From assembly GCA_964016885.1 (NCBI GenBank), contig OZ024743.1, forward strand, positions 258,974,001 through 259,038,000: a DNA stretch of 64,000 nt. The letters are read 5' to 3'. The translations under genes and the position numbers were made by a program. Below the pieces are notes generated by a model. The model saw nothing but the letters and a program-made list of their open reading frames with translations, ran no database searches and had not been told where the DNA came from. Positions 1 through 20,240 of this stretch are shown here, piece by piece. This DNA is from Eledone cirrhosa. Its lineage: Eukaryota. Position 1 is the first letter of the stretch. Each line of letters opens with the position of its first letter.

Positions 1-2460
1 CAACTGGGACTATAATACAGTTTACTATAACACAGTGTACACAACTGGGACTATAATACAGTTTACTATAACACAGTGTACATACCTGGGACTATTATCC
101 AGTTTACTATAACACAGTGTACATAACTGTGACTATAATACAGTTTACTATAACACAGTGTACATAACTGGGACTATAATATAATTTAATATAACACAGT
201 GTACACAACTGGGACTATAATACAGGTTACTATAACACAGTGTACACAACTGGGACTATAATACAGGTTTACATTAACACAATGTACACAACTGGGACTA
301 TAATATAGTTTACTATAAATAAAACAGTGTACACAACTGGGACTATAATATAGGTTACTATAACACAGTGTACACAATTGTGACTATAATACAGTTTACT
401 ATAACACAGTGTACACAACTGGGACTATAATACAGTTTACTGTAACACAGTGTACATAACTGGGACTATAATCCAGTTTACTATAACACAGTGTACATAA
501 CTGGGACTATAATACAGTTTACTATAACACAGTGTACACAACTGGGACTATAATACAGGTTACTATAACACAGTGTACATAGCTGGGACTACAATACAGG
601 TTACTATAACACAGTGTACATAACTGGGACTATAATACAGTTTACTATAACACAGTGTACACAACTGCGACTATAATATAGTTTACTATAAGACAGTGTA
701 CACAACTGGGACTATAATACAGTTTACTATAACACAGTGTACACAACTGGGACTATAATACAGTTTACTATAACCCAGCGTACATAGCTGGGACTATAAT
801 ATATTTTAATATAACACAGTGTACACAACTGGGACTATAATACAGTTTACTATAACACAGTGTACACAACTGGGACTATAATACAGGTTTACTTTAACAT
901 AATGTACACAACTGGGACTATAATATAGTTTACAAAAATAACACAGTGTACACAACTGGGACTATAATATAGGTTACTATAACACAGTGTACACAATTGT
1001 GACTATAATACAGTTTACTATAACACAGTGTACACAACTGGGACTATAATACAGTTTACTATGACACAGTGTACATAACTAGGACTATAATACAGTTTAC
1101 TATAACACAGTGTACACAACTGGGACTATAATACAGTTTACTATAACACAGTGTACACAACTGGGACTATAATACAGTTTACTATAACACAGTGTACATA
1201 ACTGGGACTATAATACTGTTTACTATAACACAGTGTACACAACTGGGAATATAATACAGGTTACTATAACACAGTGTACATAACTGGGACTATAATACAG
1301 TTTACTATAACACAGTGTACATAACTGGGACTACAATACAGGTTACTATAACACAGTGTACATAACTGGGACTATAATACAGTTTACTATAACACAGTGT
1401 ACACAACTGGGACTATAATACAGTTTACTATAACACAGTGTACACAACTGGGACTATAATACAGGTTACTATAACACAGTGTACACAATTGGGACTATAA
1501 TACAGTTTACTATAACACAGTGTACACAATTGGGACTATAATACAGTTTACTATAACACAGTGTACACAACTGGGACTATAATACAGTTTACTATAACAC
1601 AGTGTACACAATTGGGACTATAATACAGTTTACTATAACACAGTTTTCACAACTGGGACTATAATACAGTTTACTATAACACAGTGTACACAATTGGGAC
1701 TATAATACAGTTTACTATAACACAGTGTACACAACTGGGACTATAATATAGTTTACTATAACACAGTGTACACAACTGGGACTATAATATAGTTTACTAT
1801 AACACAGTGTACATAACTGGGACTATAATACAGTTTACTATAACACAGTATACATAACTGTGACTATAATACAGTTTACTATAACACAGTGTACATAACT
1901 GGGACTATAATACAGGTTTCTATAACACAGTATACATAACTGTGACTATAATATAGTTTACTATAACACAGTATACATAACTGTGACTATAATATAGTTT
2001 ACTATAACACAGTGTACATAACTGGGACTATAATACAGTTTACTATAACACAGTATACATAACTGTGACTATAATACAGTTTACTATAACACAGTGTACA
2101 CAACTGGGACTATAATATAGTTTACTATAACACAGTGTACATGACTGGGACTATAATACAGGTTTCTATAACACAGTGTACATAACTGGGACTATAATAC
2201 AGTTTAATATAACACAGTGTACACAACTGGGACTATAATACAGGTTACTATAACACAGTGTACACAACTGGGACTACAATACAGTTTACTATAACACAGT
2301 GTACACAACTGGGACTATAATACAGTTTACCATAACACAGTGTACATAACTGGGACTATAATACAGTTTACTATAACACAGTGTACACAACTGGGACTAT
2401 AATACAGTTTACCATAACACAGTGTACATAACTGGGACTATAATACAGTTTACTATAACA
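1..2460. repeat. Tandem satellite, 41-bp unit CAACTGGGACTATAATACAGTTTACTATAACACAGTGTACA, about 60 copies, truncated by the window start
   Basis: Unit recurs with 41-bp period and few substitutions; each unit has two related sub-repeats (ACTATAATACAGT / ACTATAACACAGT). Confidence 0.97.
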
Positions 2461-3154
2461 TATAAATATGTATCTATTTATTGATGTTTTATATATGCAG
2501 GCTATTATAAATTTTGTATTTTCGCCAGCCTAAACATACGGAGATGCAAATCACGGACAGATCAACATTCATGCACAGCGCCGTCGCTGCCATTAATGCC
2601 AACTAGGCAACCACATAGGATGTAGACCTCATACAGGTACATTGTTGAACCTTAAACGATCCCAGTTTTATACAGATGTGGTGCTACCAGTAAGGCCAAC
2701 TAGGCAGTCACCTAGGACACATACGTCAGGCAGGTACATTACAGATTATTAAATGATTATAGGTTTTTACAAGTTTCTATAAGTAAATTATATATATATA
2801 ATAATATTCTGTAATCAATAAATACATCACCATTGCTACATTAGAAGCTGTGAAAATATTCGAAACGAGAGGGTCGTATGGCGTTATGGCTTGTAACATG
2901 ATTTAGCGTAGGAGAGTGTGGACTGCGCAGTGGAAAATGCAGACAATAATTGCTTTAGTTAAGCCATAACAAGAACTATCAAATACTAGGTTCGTCAGCT
3001 TACCAAATAGGTAGCAGGTTGTTTTTTGTTTAGCTAAAACTCCAGACCTATAATGGTTTCTGATTTAGGTACAAGGCCAGCAATTTTGGGGGAGGGGAAA
3101 GTCAATCAAATCGAGCTCAGTGCATGACTGGTGCTTTATTTTATCCACGCCCGT

Positions 3155-3340
3155 AATAATTGTTTCTACTTTTGGCACAAGGCCAGCAATTATCCCAGTG
3201 TATTACTGGTACTTTATTTTATCGAGCCCGTAAGGATGAAAGGCAAAGTTAATCTCGACGGGACTTGAACTCAGACCATGAAGGTCTGTAACTCTTTACT
3301 GCAAAGCATAGCGTCCGACCCTCTACCGATACTGCCAAGG
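3155..3340 (-). mobile_element. tRNA-derived SINE family A (octopus OK/OR-like), nested in an older copy (about 3050-3370)
   Basis: Reverse complement of the motifs GAGTTCAAATCC (B box), CCTTTCATCCTTACGGGGTCGATAAAATAAAGTACCAG and GGCCTTGTGCCAAAAGTAGAAACAATTATT that recur many times in the window. Confidence 0.85.
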
Positions 3341-3596
3341 CAAAGCTACCTCGGCGAGATTTGAACTCACTTCAGACCTATAATAAAAGGCATTATGAAT
3401 CTACACTTACCGTCTTTTTGTAAACCTATGACTATATTGTCCAATGTTTCTTTCCTTTAATAAGACAGTAGCATGTGATTTGGAGATTTAGCCAATATTT
3501 CTAGTTGATTCGTGACCAGATCAACCCAAGTCTATGTATGGTAAAGACAAGCATATGATATACAGACAGGACTACATTATTCAGTGTTTTATTGAG

Positions 3597-3950
3597 GCTT
3601 GGCTAATTGGTTACGGAGTTCGCTTCACAATTATGAGGTCCCGGGTTCGATCCCGCTGCATGGCATCTTGTATAAGTTTCTTTACTATAGTCTTGGGTTG
3701 ATTCGAGTCTTGTGAATGAAATTGAGTAGAAGGCAACTGTATGGAAGCCTGTTAGGTGGAGATTATTTACATTTCAAAGGCCACATTTATAATTCAAATG
3801 CCACGTAGAGGGTGACACTGACTAGCTTAATTACTACGTTAAGGATGCAGATTTCTGTGGAATACGTAAACACTTGCATATTAATTTTATGAGTCAGATG
3901 TTCAACTGATCGAACAACTGAATGCTCATCCTGAAACCAACGTAGAATTA
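3597..3950 (+). mobile_element. tRNA-derived SINE family B (older, longer)
   Basis: A box TGGCTAATTGG and B box GGTTCGATCCC; body similar to copies near 11233-11490, 11555-11820, 12615-12900(-), 27635-27930, 51875-52150, 54440-54710(-), 59345-59640. Confidence 0.7.
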
Positions 3951-4949
3951 TCACTCATTGTATCATTGGTGTTTTTACTTGTTTAAAACGGTTGGATCTC
4001 ATTTGAGAGATATTTTGTGTCATTTCTAGCATAGTTGAACTGTCATTTCCTCTCCAGCCAGCTCGGGGTGTTTTTATTGATACAAAAACAACAACAAAAA
4101 GATACTGAAAGATAAAATCGCTAAAATTAAATGTGAAGATGGTATTAGATAAGATATAAGTAGGAATGTTAATATTTGTATTTGTGTATTGTGTACCAGA
4201 GAAGTCACCTGTGAAGCAGTTTATAACATAAGAGGATGATGTATTATGTTATCAGTATAGCAGCATGTAATGTTCACCATTTTAATAGTATAGTATTAAT
4301 TTTAGCAGCGTGTAATATACAACCAGAATATGTAACAATAATGTATTTGCTTGTTTGTAATTGGAAAGGTATGGTTCGTAATATCAATAGATGTAAGTTG
4401 AATTGAGATTCTGCTGTAGGTCTCATAATCTGTTGCTCTGCTGTTAATAAAACTCTGGAAAGAATATTTCCATATCACATTTAAAGGCAATGGTTGTGGT
4501 AAATAGCATCACAAGACTTTACAACGTTTTTATATGATTTATAAACAAAGATGAGAAGAGCTGGATTAAGCTTGGTTGGATGGTGTGCCAAAAGAAATGA
4601 AGCAAACAAATTAAGGTCTCTAAGAGAAGACGCGGTCCAGTGGCTGAAGTGAGAAGCCAGGTCGCGGTAATGTTTAGTAGTTACATTTTGCAATGATATT
4701 TGTTGAACAAAAGCAAATGGTTGTTACCTTAGCGAGGTCGAGCTGCAAGAGAATTAATTTATCAAAAGAAGCGGGAATTTCTCCATTTGGGCGGAAGTTG
4801 AGATACATTTCCCTACGCTGCTAGCGATTGGCTTAACTCAGCTAAACAACGTACGGAAAGTGTATCAATGCACCAAAGGAAAGTAGCTTGCTACAAATGA
4901 TTCAGTAAAGAAAATATCCAAAGCCCTACCTTCTGTAATAACGTCACTG

Positions 4950-5010
<61 letters not shown>

Positions 5011-5011
<1 letters not shown>

Positions 5012-5696
5012 TATAAAAGTGGATGAATACTTCAACAGGCACTAAGTACTTATAGAAATATGCAAGATGTTTATAATAATTGTGGTTCGATGGTACTAAT
5101 TTGAGATACCAGAACAATATAAAAAGAGCGGAGCAAGCGGTTATCAAACAATTCTCTAAATAAATTAAAAAATGATTTAAATAATCACCTGTTCTATTGC
5201 TGTTACCGACGGTTTCACCATTCCAAAAATTGGAAATCCAGAGAATTTCCAATGGAAAGAAATGGATCTTCAGACAGCTTATTTCCATACTATAAGGTTG
5301 CCAGCCCTACAGCAAGTAAATATTTCGCTTCCTGCCCAACGCATGCGGTCAAGCCGTTAAAATGACACACATGCAAAATCAGGTCGCAGATAATAGCTGT
5401 TTATTATAAACGTGTTGATACTGCCACTAAAATTAGTAGCATCATTCAACGTTTTGTTCTCTACATAAGGAGAAAAATTATAAAAGTGGATGAATACTTC
5501 AACAGGCACTAAGTACTTGTAGAAATATGCAAGATGTTTATAATAATTGTGGTTCGATGGTTTCTTTCCATTGGAAATTCTCTGGATTTCCAATTTTTGG
5601 AATGGTGAAATCGTCGGTAACAGCAATAGAACAGGTGATTATTTAAATCGTTTTTTAATTTATTTCGAGAATTGTTTGATAACCGCTTTCTCCGCT

Positions 5697-5700
<4 letters not shown>
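5011..5700 (-). mobile_element. Non-autonomous Penelope-like / retrozyme-like element with direct and inverted terminal duplications, flanked by (TA)n
   Basis: Direct repeat 5011-5094 = 5478-5561 (period 467 bp); inverted repeat 5123-5262 vs 5561-5700; hammerhead inside; (TA)n on both sides. Confidence 0.8.
5199..5278 (-). ncRNA. Type I hammerhead ribozyme
   Basis: Minus strand reads GCTGT-CTGAAGA-[about 50-nt stem II with CCATT/AATGG and TTGGAAAT/ATTTCCAA]-GAAA-CCGTCGG-TA-ACAGC; stem I GCTGT/ACAGC is perfect; GUA cleavage triplet. Confidence 0.85.
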
Positions 5701-5766
<66 letters not shown>

Positions 5767-6199
5767 TTTGTATGAGAAGGAAAGTGAGAGAGACAGCCAT
5801 TATAATGTTAATTAGCTCTCTGTCAACTGACACTGCGTTACTATATTCCAGGTTGTACTAGGGAAACTTCCACGAACCATTTATTGTCTGATGCTGATCA
5901 CGAGGTTATTAAATAATAACCACTAGTCAATATTACGAAACAAACAACAATACAGTCATGAATATTATTTAAATAGGCAAATATATTTGCTGTAAATCCC
6001 TTTTGTAATATTCATCTCAGTTAGTCGTTATTTTCTGATCTTACATTCATTTCTGTAGAAGTTCATATCTGGTATTTCAATGTCCAATATATTACGAGAG
6101 AGGTGCGTTTCATATATGGGCATATCTTTAATCAGTGACTGATTACAATTTGTTGAAGCCCTAAGCTTGGCGGCACCTCATTAAGAATATTTCTCCAGA

Positions 6200-6660
6200 A
6201 TATGTTACGAAACATGAAAATATATATGCCTTTTGATTATTTTGAGGCTTTGCTTATTTTGCTTAATGGTTAATGGAAAGCTGTCTATTATTGATTAATG
6301 TTGAAAAGTTCTGTTAAGCAGAAGACTTTGTACTCAGTTTTTATTTTTTTCGATAGATGACCTTGAACATGTCAAAATGATTGCTAGTTGGGATGAGTGT
6401 TGCTACATCTTAGGTTGTAGTGCATTGATTTTAATTAGAGTTTTGTGTGGTGTGTTTGAATGTCGGATATGGGTTGCTTGTAATTCTTTGAGAGTTGGCT
6501 TGATGCCCATACAAAGGTAACAGAAGGAATTCCTGCTTACGAGAAATATCTTTCGTTGTCTGCCTTTTTAGAAATCGAAATTTGAATTTTGTCTTTGGAA
6601 GAAAGAGAAGTGGACAAACTAGAATGTATAGATTATTTTCTACAGCGCACCTGTATAATC
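6200..6660 (-). pseudogene. Highly decayed Penelope-like GIY-YIG endonuclease remnant
   Basis: Minus-strand fragment CLTELFNI resembles the CSQELFEI segment of the better-preserved fragment at 60684-61016; many stops and frameshifts. Confidence 0.35.
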
Positions 6661-7146
6661 TCAGGTGAGATCACCATCAAAGTAATCTATGTTACATCAA
6701 TTAACATATTTATAATTTCTTAGGTGGTTATATATACAACCCGTTTTATAATTTCATCCAGGCCGGGGCTACCATTAAGGTTGACTCGGCAGCCTCCCAG
6801 GGCTCAGGCCTCAGAAAGGCTTCTACTGAACCATAAAGGATCAGTTTTATAACATTTGTATAATTAAATTAAATATATAATAATTTCCTGTGGTCAATAT
6901 ATAATGTGCTAAACATCTTTGCCGTGTAACAACGTTTTGAAAATATTCAAAGAGTTGGATCGTAAGATCGTGAGTTCGATTCCCAGATCAGGTGATAGGT
7001 TGTGGTCTTGAGCAAGACATTTTGTTTCACATTGCGGGGTTGATAAAATAAAGTACCTACTGGGGTCGATTTAATTGACTTACCCTCCCCCAAAATTGCT
7101 GGCCTAGTGCCTAAATCAGAAACCATTATTATCAGTTTCAATATAA

Positions 7147-7198
7147 TCACCACCACCACCTCCACCAGCATCAGCACCAGCACCAGCACCAGCACCAC

Positions 7199-7232
<34 letters not shown>

Positions 7233-7400
7233 TTCACCACCACCACCACCACCACCACCACCACCACCACCACTACCACAATCACCACAATCACCATCCA
7301 CAATTGCAAATACCAGGGCCTCCACACCCATCACCGCCAGCACCACCACCATGTACATCACCACCAGTTTTGTTGTTATTGTTGTTGTTACTGTTGTTGC
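7147..7400. repeat. Compound trinucleotide microsatellite (ACC/AGC/ATC/GTT)n
   Basis: Direct reading. Confidence 0.9.
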
Positions 7401-7869
7401 TGTGCTATTGTGTTGTTTTTAAGAAAGTTTTCTTTGCCATGCGTTTTATCATGAAAGAGTCAAAAGTGCTGCATATTCTGATCACCAGCTTATTGAAGGT
7501 TAAGTGTTTAACTCATCTGGAAGCACTGACATTTCAAGGGTTACTGTGATCTAGTTTATTCTGTTTTATATGTGAAATAACTTGGTGCATAATACGCCAA
7601 TTAGATTATCTCAGTAACTACCCAGAAATTTCGAGTTCATATCAGTACCAGAAATATCGTTTTTGCCTCAATTTAGGGACTTTTTAGAATGGAATTTTGC
7701 GGGAGGAATATTTTAAAATTCCATGCTTATCAAAGGGTAATCTCTGACTTGCACTCGATGGGTTTGATGCCGAATGCTGCATGGCTGGAGTGGAAGTCAG
7801 TGCTGCGAAATATTGGACACACGTCCTCTCATGGATGCCTGCGTGGTGCATCCTACGTGAAAATGGAGT

Positions 7870-8480
7870 TCCACTGAAGCAGGTTCAAGTATCTCGAGGC
7901 CGTGTTCACAAGGCTTAATTAAGTGAAAGAATTGCTGGAGCGGGTGCAGTAATACGCCAGCTTCAGCATTCAATAATCCGAAGGAGGGAGGTAGGCATGA
8001 AAGCCAAATTTGCTATCTTCAATTCGATATTCATACCAACCCTTACCTATGGTCATGAATCTTAGGAAATGACCGAAAGAATACGATTGTGAATAGAAGA
8101 GGCCGAAATAGGATTCCTCCGAAGGGTCTTTGGAGTAACGTTACTCGATAGAGTGCGTGACACGGAGATCAGAGATTTACTCCAGGTAGAGCCGCTACTT
8201 CTCCGAATTAAGAGATCACAGCTCCGATACTATGGGCATGTGGTTAGAATGTCTCAGGAAAGAATCGCTGGACATATTTTACAGGCAAAACCAACCGACA
8301 GGAGACCTCGAGCAAAATGGTTGGATAACAGCCATGAACTTGGCTTGTCTTGCTTGGGGATCCGGCCGAATCAGCCGGAGATGGTTGCTTCTGACAGGAC
8401 CCACTGGAAGGAGTGTTTGAGGACTCTGCCCCAACGATTCTCTCAGGAATAAGAGGGCGAAGAAGATGAAGATGCAGAAG
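7870..8480 (+). mobile_element. 5'-truncated RTE-clade LINE, 3' end
   Basis: Translates to PTLTYGHES..GFLRRVFGVTLLDRVRDTEIRDLLQVEPLLLRIKRSQLRYYGHVVRM, typical of the RTE C-terminus; GAA/GAT-rich tail. Confidence 0.85.
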
Positions 8481-9719
8481 AGAAGTGTTTATCAGGGAAA
8501 GCGAATAGAAAGCCTAACTTATCCGTCCCAAGGCAATCCTTTAGATGGCGCATCCAGAACAGGCATCTGGGTATTTAGTACCATCGGTTAGTTATACAAT
8601 ATTCTCCTAATTATGCACCCCATTCTCCTAAATAAAATAATTTCAACTTGTAGTATGATAAGCTGACAAATGTATCTTTTGTTACTTTCCTTGTTCTGAC
8701 TACACTAAGAAATTTATCAAAATCACATTTTCTACTACATAGCATACACGTACGTATGCCAAATCATGTGACAGGCCATAACAATATTCGACCCTCTTCA
8801 CCTCTTTGGATATTATCACAGCGTTGCTACGTAGCGATTTATCGATTGATCGCAGGAAATTCTCATTTGTTTGATTTGGAAATTATGGAAATTTGTATAA
8901 AACTGTGAACTTTTAAGGTTTGATTATGTGCCACTCTGAGGTGTGCTGCTTAGCTGGTCTTAATGGCATGTCGGTACTGACTATACCAACTACCGGCAAT
9001 TGTTTAAGAGAAATGCCTGCAAGGGAGGGCTGGAATCGTGCCATTGTCTCTGGTATTTCCTGACACTCTTTGGTGTTCAAGAGCAAACACTGTAAAAGTA
9101 GAATGTAAAATAAACAAAGAAAGTAGTGATTATAAATTGTCTATTAATTATTCATTTATGCCCCAATCTCTCAGTATTTCAAATGAAACAATATAAACAG
9201 CCCGTAAAGTACAACAATGGAGAAAATATCCTAAGATTTATGACGATTGCAAAAAGACAAAATTCTTGAGTAAATAATTAAATAGTAAAATTGTGTTGCA
9301 GGCGCCTATTGCTGCTTACATTTGCAGACTGTAAATGTATTTAGTCAAGAGAGTAGAGTAAAGATTTTCAAAGTTTCTCTATTTGGTTCTACTAGAAAGA
9401 GAGATAGAGACAACGTAGTGTCTCGTACTGTGAGCAATTGTTTCACAATCATTAATTCTAGAGTTCAATCCCACAGTCTCGTTTAACATAGCTCCAGGAT
9501 GGCTCATGTCTTGTCAGTGAAATCAGATAGACAGGAACTGTTTGGAAGCCCGTCGATTGAACTATACCTGTAATTCAAAGGACACTCGAGTTTATGAAAT
9601 GCTCAAGCCCTTTGCACGCAAATTTCACACGCAGGCTGCTCCGTTGATCGAATAACTGGAACACTCATAGTCGAAACCGGTGGAGATCCCATTTCAGTAG
9701 TGAGGGTGTCAACAAGGTA

Positions 9720-10440
<721 letters not shown>

Positions 10441-10547
10441 CTACGGAAGTGACAACAGTAGCAAGAGCAGCAAGAACAACAGCAACACCAGCAGCAGTAA
10501 ATAATCTGTAGGTTTGTCAGTCGGTTGGTGAGCGGAGAGTGATCGTG

Positions 10548-10605
10548 ATGGACAGCAGCCGGGTATCAATGCAATTGTTTCTTCTGGTTTTGGTTTACAG
10601 CCAAG
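10548..10605 (+). CDS. mesh: Putative first coding exon (signal peptide) of the mesh/SUSD2-like gene
   Basis: ATG..MDSSRVSMQLFLLVLVYSQ+G|GTAATG; phase-1 donor joins the phase-1 acceptor at 38959 to give MDSSRVSMQLFLLVLVYSQVIYA-SPLYEFG, a plausible signal peptide. Linkage across 28 kb is inferred. Confidence 0.6.
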
Positions 10606-10634
10606 GTAATGTGAAAAACGAGTATTTCTCAACA

Positions 10635-10680
<46 letters not shown>

Positions 10681-11959
10681 ACATTCACACACACACACTC
10701 ACACACACATACACACATTCACATATACACAGATACACACACACATTAAAGCAAATTGATCTACACGCACGAATCCTTTTATTCTTTTACTGACTTCAGT
10801 CATTAGACTGCGGCCATACTGGTGGAACCGCCTTAAAGATATATTTAGTCGCTCATATCGATCTCAGCACTTATTTTAATGATCTCCTTTTTGTCGAACC
10901 GCTGTGCAGCCCCCCCCCCCCCCCACATTCTTACATACGCACGTACATATATGAATATACGATAGGCTTTTTATTCTTTCTGTCTAACAAATATCACTCA
11001 CAAGACATTGGTAAAACATACTTGTCCAAAGTGCCGCGGAGGGGGATTGAACTAGAAACCAAGTGGACTCCTTGACTACACCGCCATGCTTGCACGTCTG
11101 CTAATACACGTGAACACACATATATCTGTTCGGACTTAAAGATTCACACCAACACACACATATTATGGTGTTGGGACACACACAGAACACCCGTGTGAGC
11201 GTACATGTGCATAGATCACAATTCATGAAAGTGCGTGGCTTAGTGGTTAGGGTGTTCAACTCACAATCATAAGTTCGATTTTCGGCAGTGTATTGTATCC
11301 TTTAGCAAGAATGTTTATTTCACGTTGCCCCAGTCCACTCAGCTGTAAAAATAATGCGGTGTCACACACTGAGTCACGCTGAATCCCTATGAAAATTAAA
11401 TTAAGAGTACACGTGTCTGTGAAATGTCCAATTACTTCTATGTTAAATTTAACTGGAACACTCATCGTCGGAACCGACAGAGGTCCAATAGTCATACACG
11501 CAACAATTATACGCATAGACCCCCTACATGAACGCATACATATAAACACATGGTGACACACACGATCGTAAGGTCGTGAGTTCATGACGGCACTTTTTGT
11601 AATTGAACAAGACACTTTAATGCACGTTGCTCCAGTTAACTCAGCCGGCAAAAGAGAATTGTACCTCTAGTTCACAGCGCCAACCTTGTACCACTCTGCG
11701 TAACGTTGTATCTCCATAAGAACTACATAAAAGATAAACGAATTTGTGGAATGCTAGGCGTTGGACGTAAATTTTACGAACAGGCTGTTCCGTTGTTCGA
11801 ACAACTGGAACAATTGCTTTGGCAACCAAAAATATGATTGATTGAGTGATGTCTACCTACCTACCTACCTACCTACCTGTCTGGCTGTCTACCTACCTGT
11901 CTACCTACCTGTCTGTCTACCTGTCTGTCTGTCTGTCTGTCTGTCTGTATGTATGTATG

Positions 11960-12470
11960 TATGTATGGTCCCGTAACTCCTGATAGGGGCACCGTATTGA
12001 CATACGGCGTTTCTTGGGCATTTAAAGCCTGGAGGAGTCCCTCCCTCTCCAGGCCTGAGTACAGAAGCTTTCTTCCAGAGAAAGATAGAAAGTGAGAGAG
12101 GAAACGAGGAAGAATCGACTCCAGTACTAGACTGCTACCTTTTTTTATCGACCTTGAAATAATTGTTTCTACTTTTGGCACAAGGCCAGCAATTACCCAG
12201 TGAATTACTGGTACTTTATTTTATCGACCCTGTAAGGATGAAAGGCAAAGTTAACCTCGGCGGGATTTGAACTCAGAATGGCAAGGGCCGTAACTCTATG
12301 CGTCAAAGCATGACGTCCGACACTCCACCGATACTGCCAATCCACCACCCTCGACCTCGAAATAATGAAAGGCAAAGTTGACCTCGGCGGGTTTTAAACA
12401 GAGAACCGGAACGAATACCCTAAAGCATTCTATAAGCAGTTCTAACCAGTTCTGCCAATTCGCCGCCTCA
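11960..12470 (-). mobile_element. SINE family C (family-A-like head, different tail) interrupted by a younger family A SINE at about 12160-12350
   Basis: Tail GTCCCGTAACTCC..GACATACG..CTCCAGG..GAAAGATAGA recurs at about 26900-27240, 30570-30880(+), 34960-35240, 51280-51530(+); insert flanked by the near-duplicate CGACCT(T/C)GAAATAAT. Confidence 0.75.
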
Positions 12471-13114
12471 AAATATGATGTAAAACACATTAAATCAAGG
12501 AATTTGTGTTCTCATAAGCTTAGCTGAGATTGTGTAATATGTTCTTTGGTTAAACTGTGGAATATTTTATTATGTCGAATACTTGGAAATATTGTTGCTG
12601 GATCTCCGTCTATTTCGAAGACGAACGTTCAAGTTACCCGAGCAACAGAATAGCCTGCTCATGAAATTAACGTGCAATTAGCTAAGCACACCCTTAACAT
12701 AAGTTCTCAGCGAGATTCAGCGTGATACAGTGTGTGACAAGACTGATCCTTTAGATTCCAGGTGCAAATAACGTTTGCCAACTTGTGTACTGGGACAACG
12801 TTAGATAAAAATATCTTTCCCAAGGACACAAGGCGATGCCGGGAATCGAACATATACTCTTACAAGTGCATGCCAAACATCCTAACCACTAAGATATACG
12901 CTTTCACTGAAGACTTAAGTATGATTAGGAAAATGTCCAAACAATGAAATATATTTTATACCGTTAGAAAGTTGGGAAGTTTAATGTTCTGGACAGAACC
13001 GTTCATCAGCCAGAGATGAAATATTTGCATCGTTAGATAAATAGATTAGGATCAATCTATCCATCCATCAACTGTTCGAACTTTTTACATAACTATTTGC
13101 AGATTCATTATTAT

Positions 13115-13780
13115 TTGCAGTATTGTCAGTATTTGTAGAGCGTCGGACACTATGCTTAGCAGTATAAAGTTACGGCCCTTTACGGTTTGAGTTCAAATCC
13201 CGCCGCGGTTAGAATTGCCTTTCATCCTTACGGGGTTGATAAAATAAAGTACCGGTAATGCACTGGGGTCGATTTAATCGACTACCCCCCCCCCCTTTAA
13301 ATTGCTGGCCTTGTGCCTAAATCAGAAACCATTATTATTTGCAGTGTTGAAAAGACGGTTGATTGGCAGTATCCGTAGAGCGTCGGACACCATGCTTTGC
13401 AGCATAAAGTTACGGCTTTACGGTCTGAGTTCAAATCCCACCGAGGTTAGCTTTGCTTTTCATTTATAGAGTCGATAAAATAAAGCACCAGTAATGCACT
13501 GAGGTCAATTTTAGAGACTTTCCTTTCGACTAAAATTGCTGGCTTTGTGCTTATCGTAGAGTTGAGCTGTGAAATGAGTTTATTTTCCTTGTAAAGTGTA
13601 CATAATTGTTTCTACTTTAGGCACAAGGCCAGCAAATACCCAGTACATTACTGGTACTTTATTTTATCGACCCCGTAAGGATGAAAGGCAAAGTTAACCT
13701 CGGCGGGATTTGAACTGAGACTGTAAAGGGACGTAACTATGCTACAAAGCATGGCGTCCAACCCTCTACCGACACTGCCA
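13115..13780. mobile_element. Cluster of three family A SINEs (two on +, one on - at 13607-13779)
   Basis: Same SINE motifs; the minus copy is flanked by the target-site duplication AGTGTACATAAT. Confidence 0.85.
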
Positions 13781-13972
13781 GTGTACATAATATTTATTTG
13801 TTTGTTCTTCTTTATTTCCGTTCCGTGTCGTATTGGTGGGCGGTTCCAGTAGCATATTCTTTTATTTCTCAGAATAGGCTGCTAGTGCTTTTTTCAAAGT
13901 CGCCATTTCTTGAGAAAGGGACACTGTAATTAGTCGAACCCGACACCCATTCTCATTTAACGCAGCCGATTG

Positions 13973-20040
<6,068 letters not shown>

Positions 20041-20192
20041 CCAGATGGACCATAACGCAGCAGAGTACTCAATACTTAGGGTGGTATAGTGGGTAATAGG
20101 AAATTGTATGACCCCGACGGCAGAGCTAAAGCCGTTTCGACGGCTATTTCTGGACAAATTAGAATTTTTAGCGTGATAATAAATTTATTCAT

Positions 20193-20240
<48 letters not shown>

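Noticed and set aside
1-2460. CRISPR-like regular repeat
   Set aside because: No unique spacers; contiguous satellite in eukaryotic DNA. The same applies to the 68-bp array at 24027
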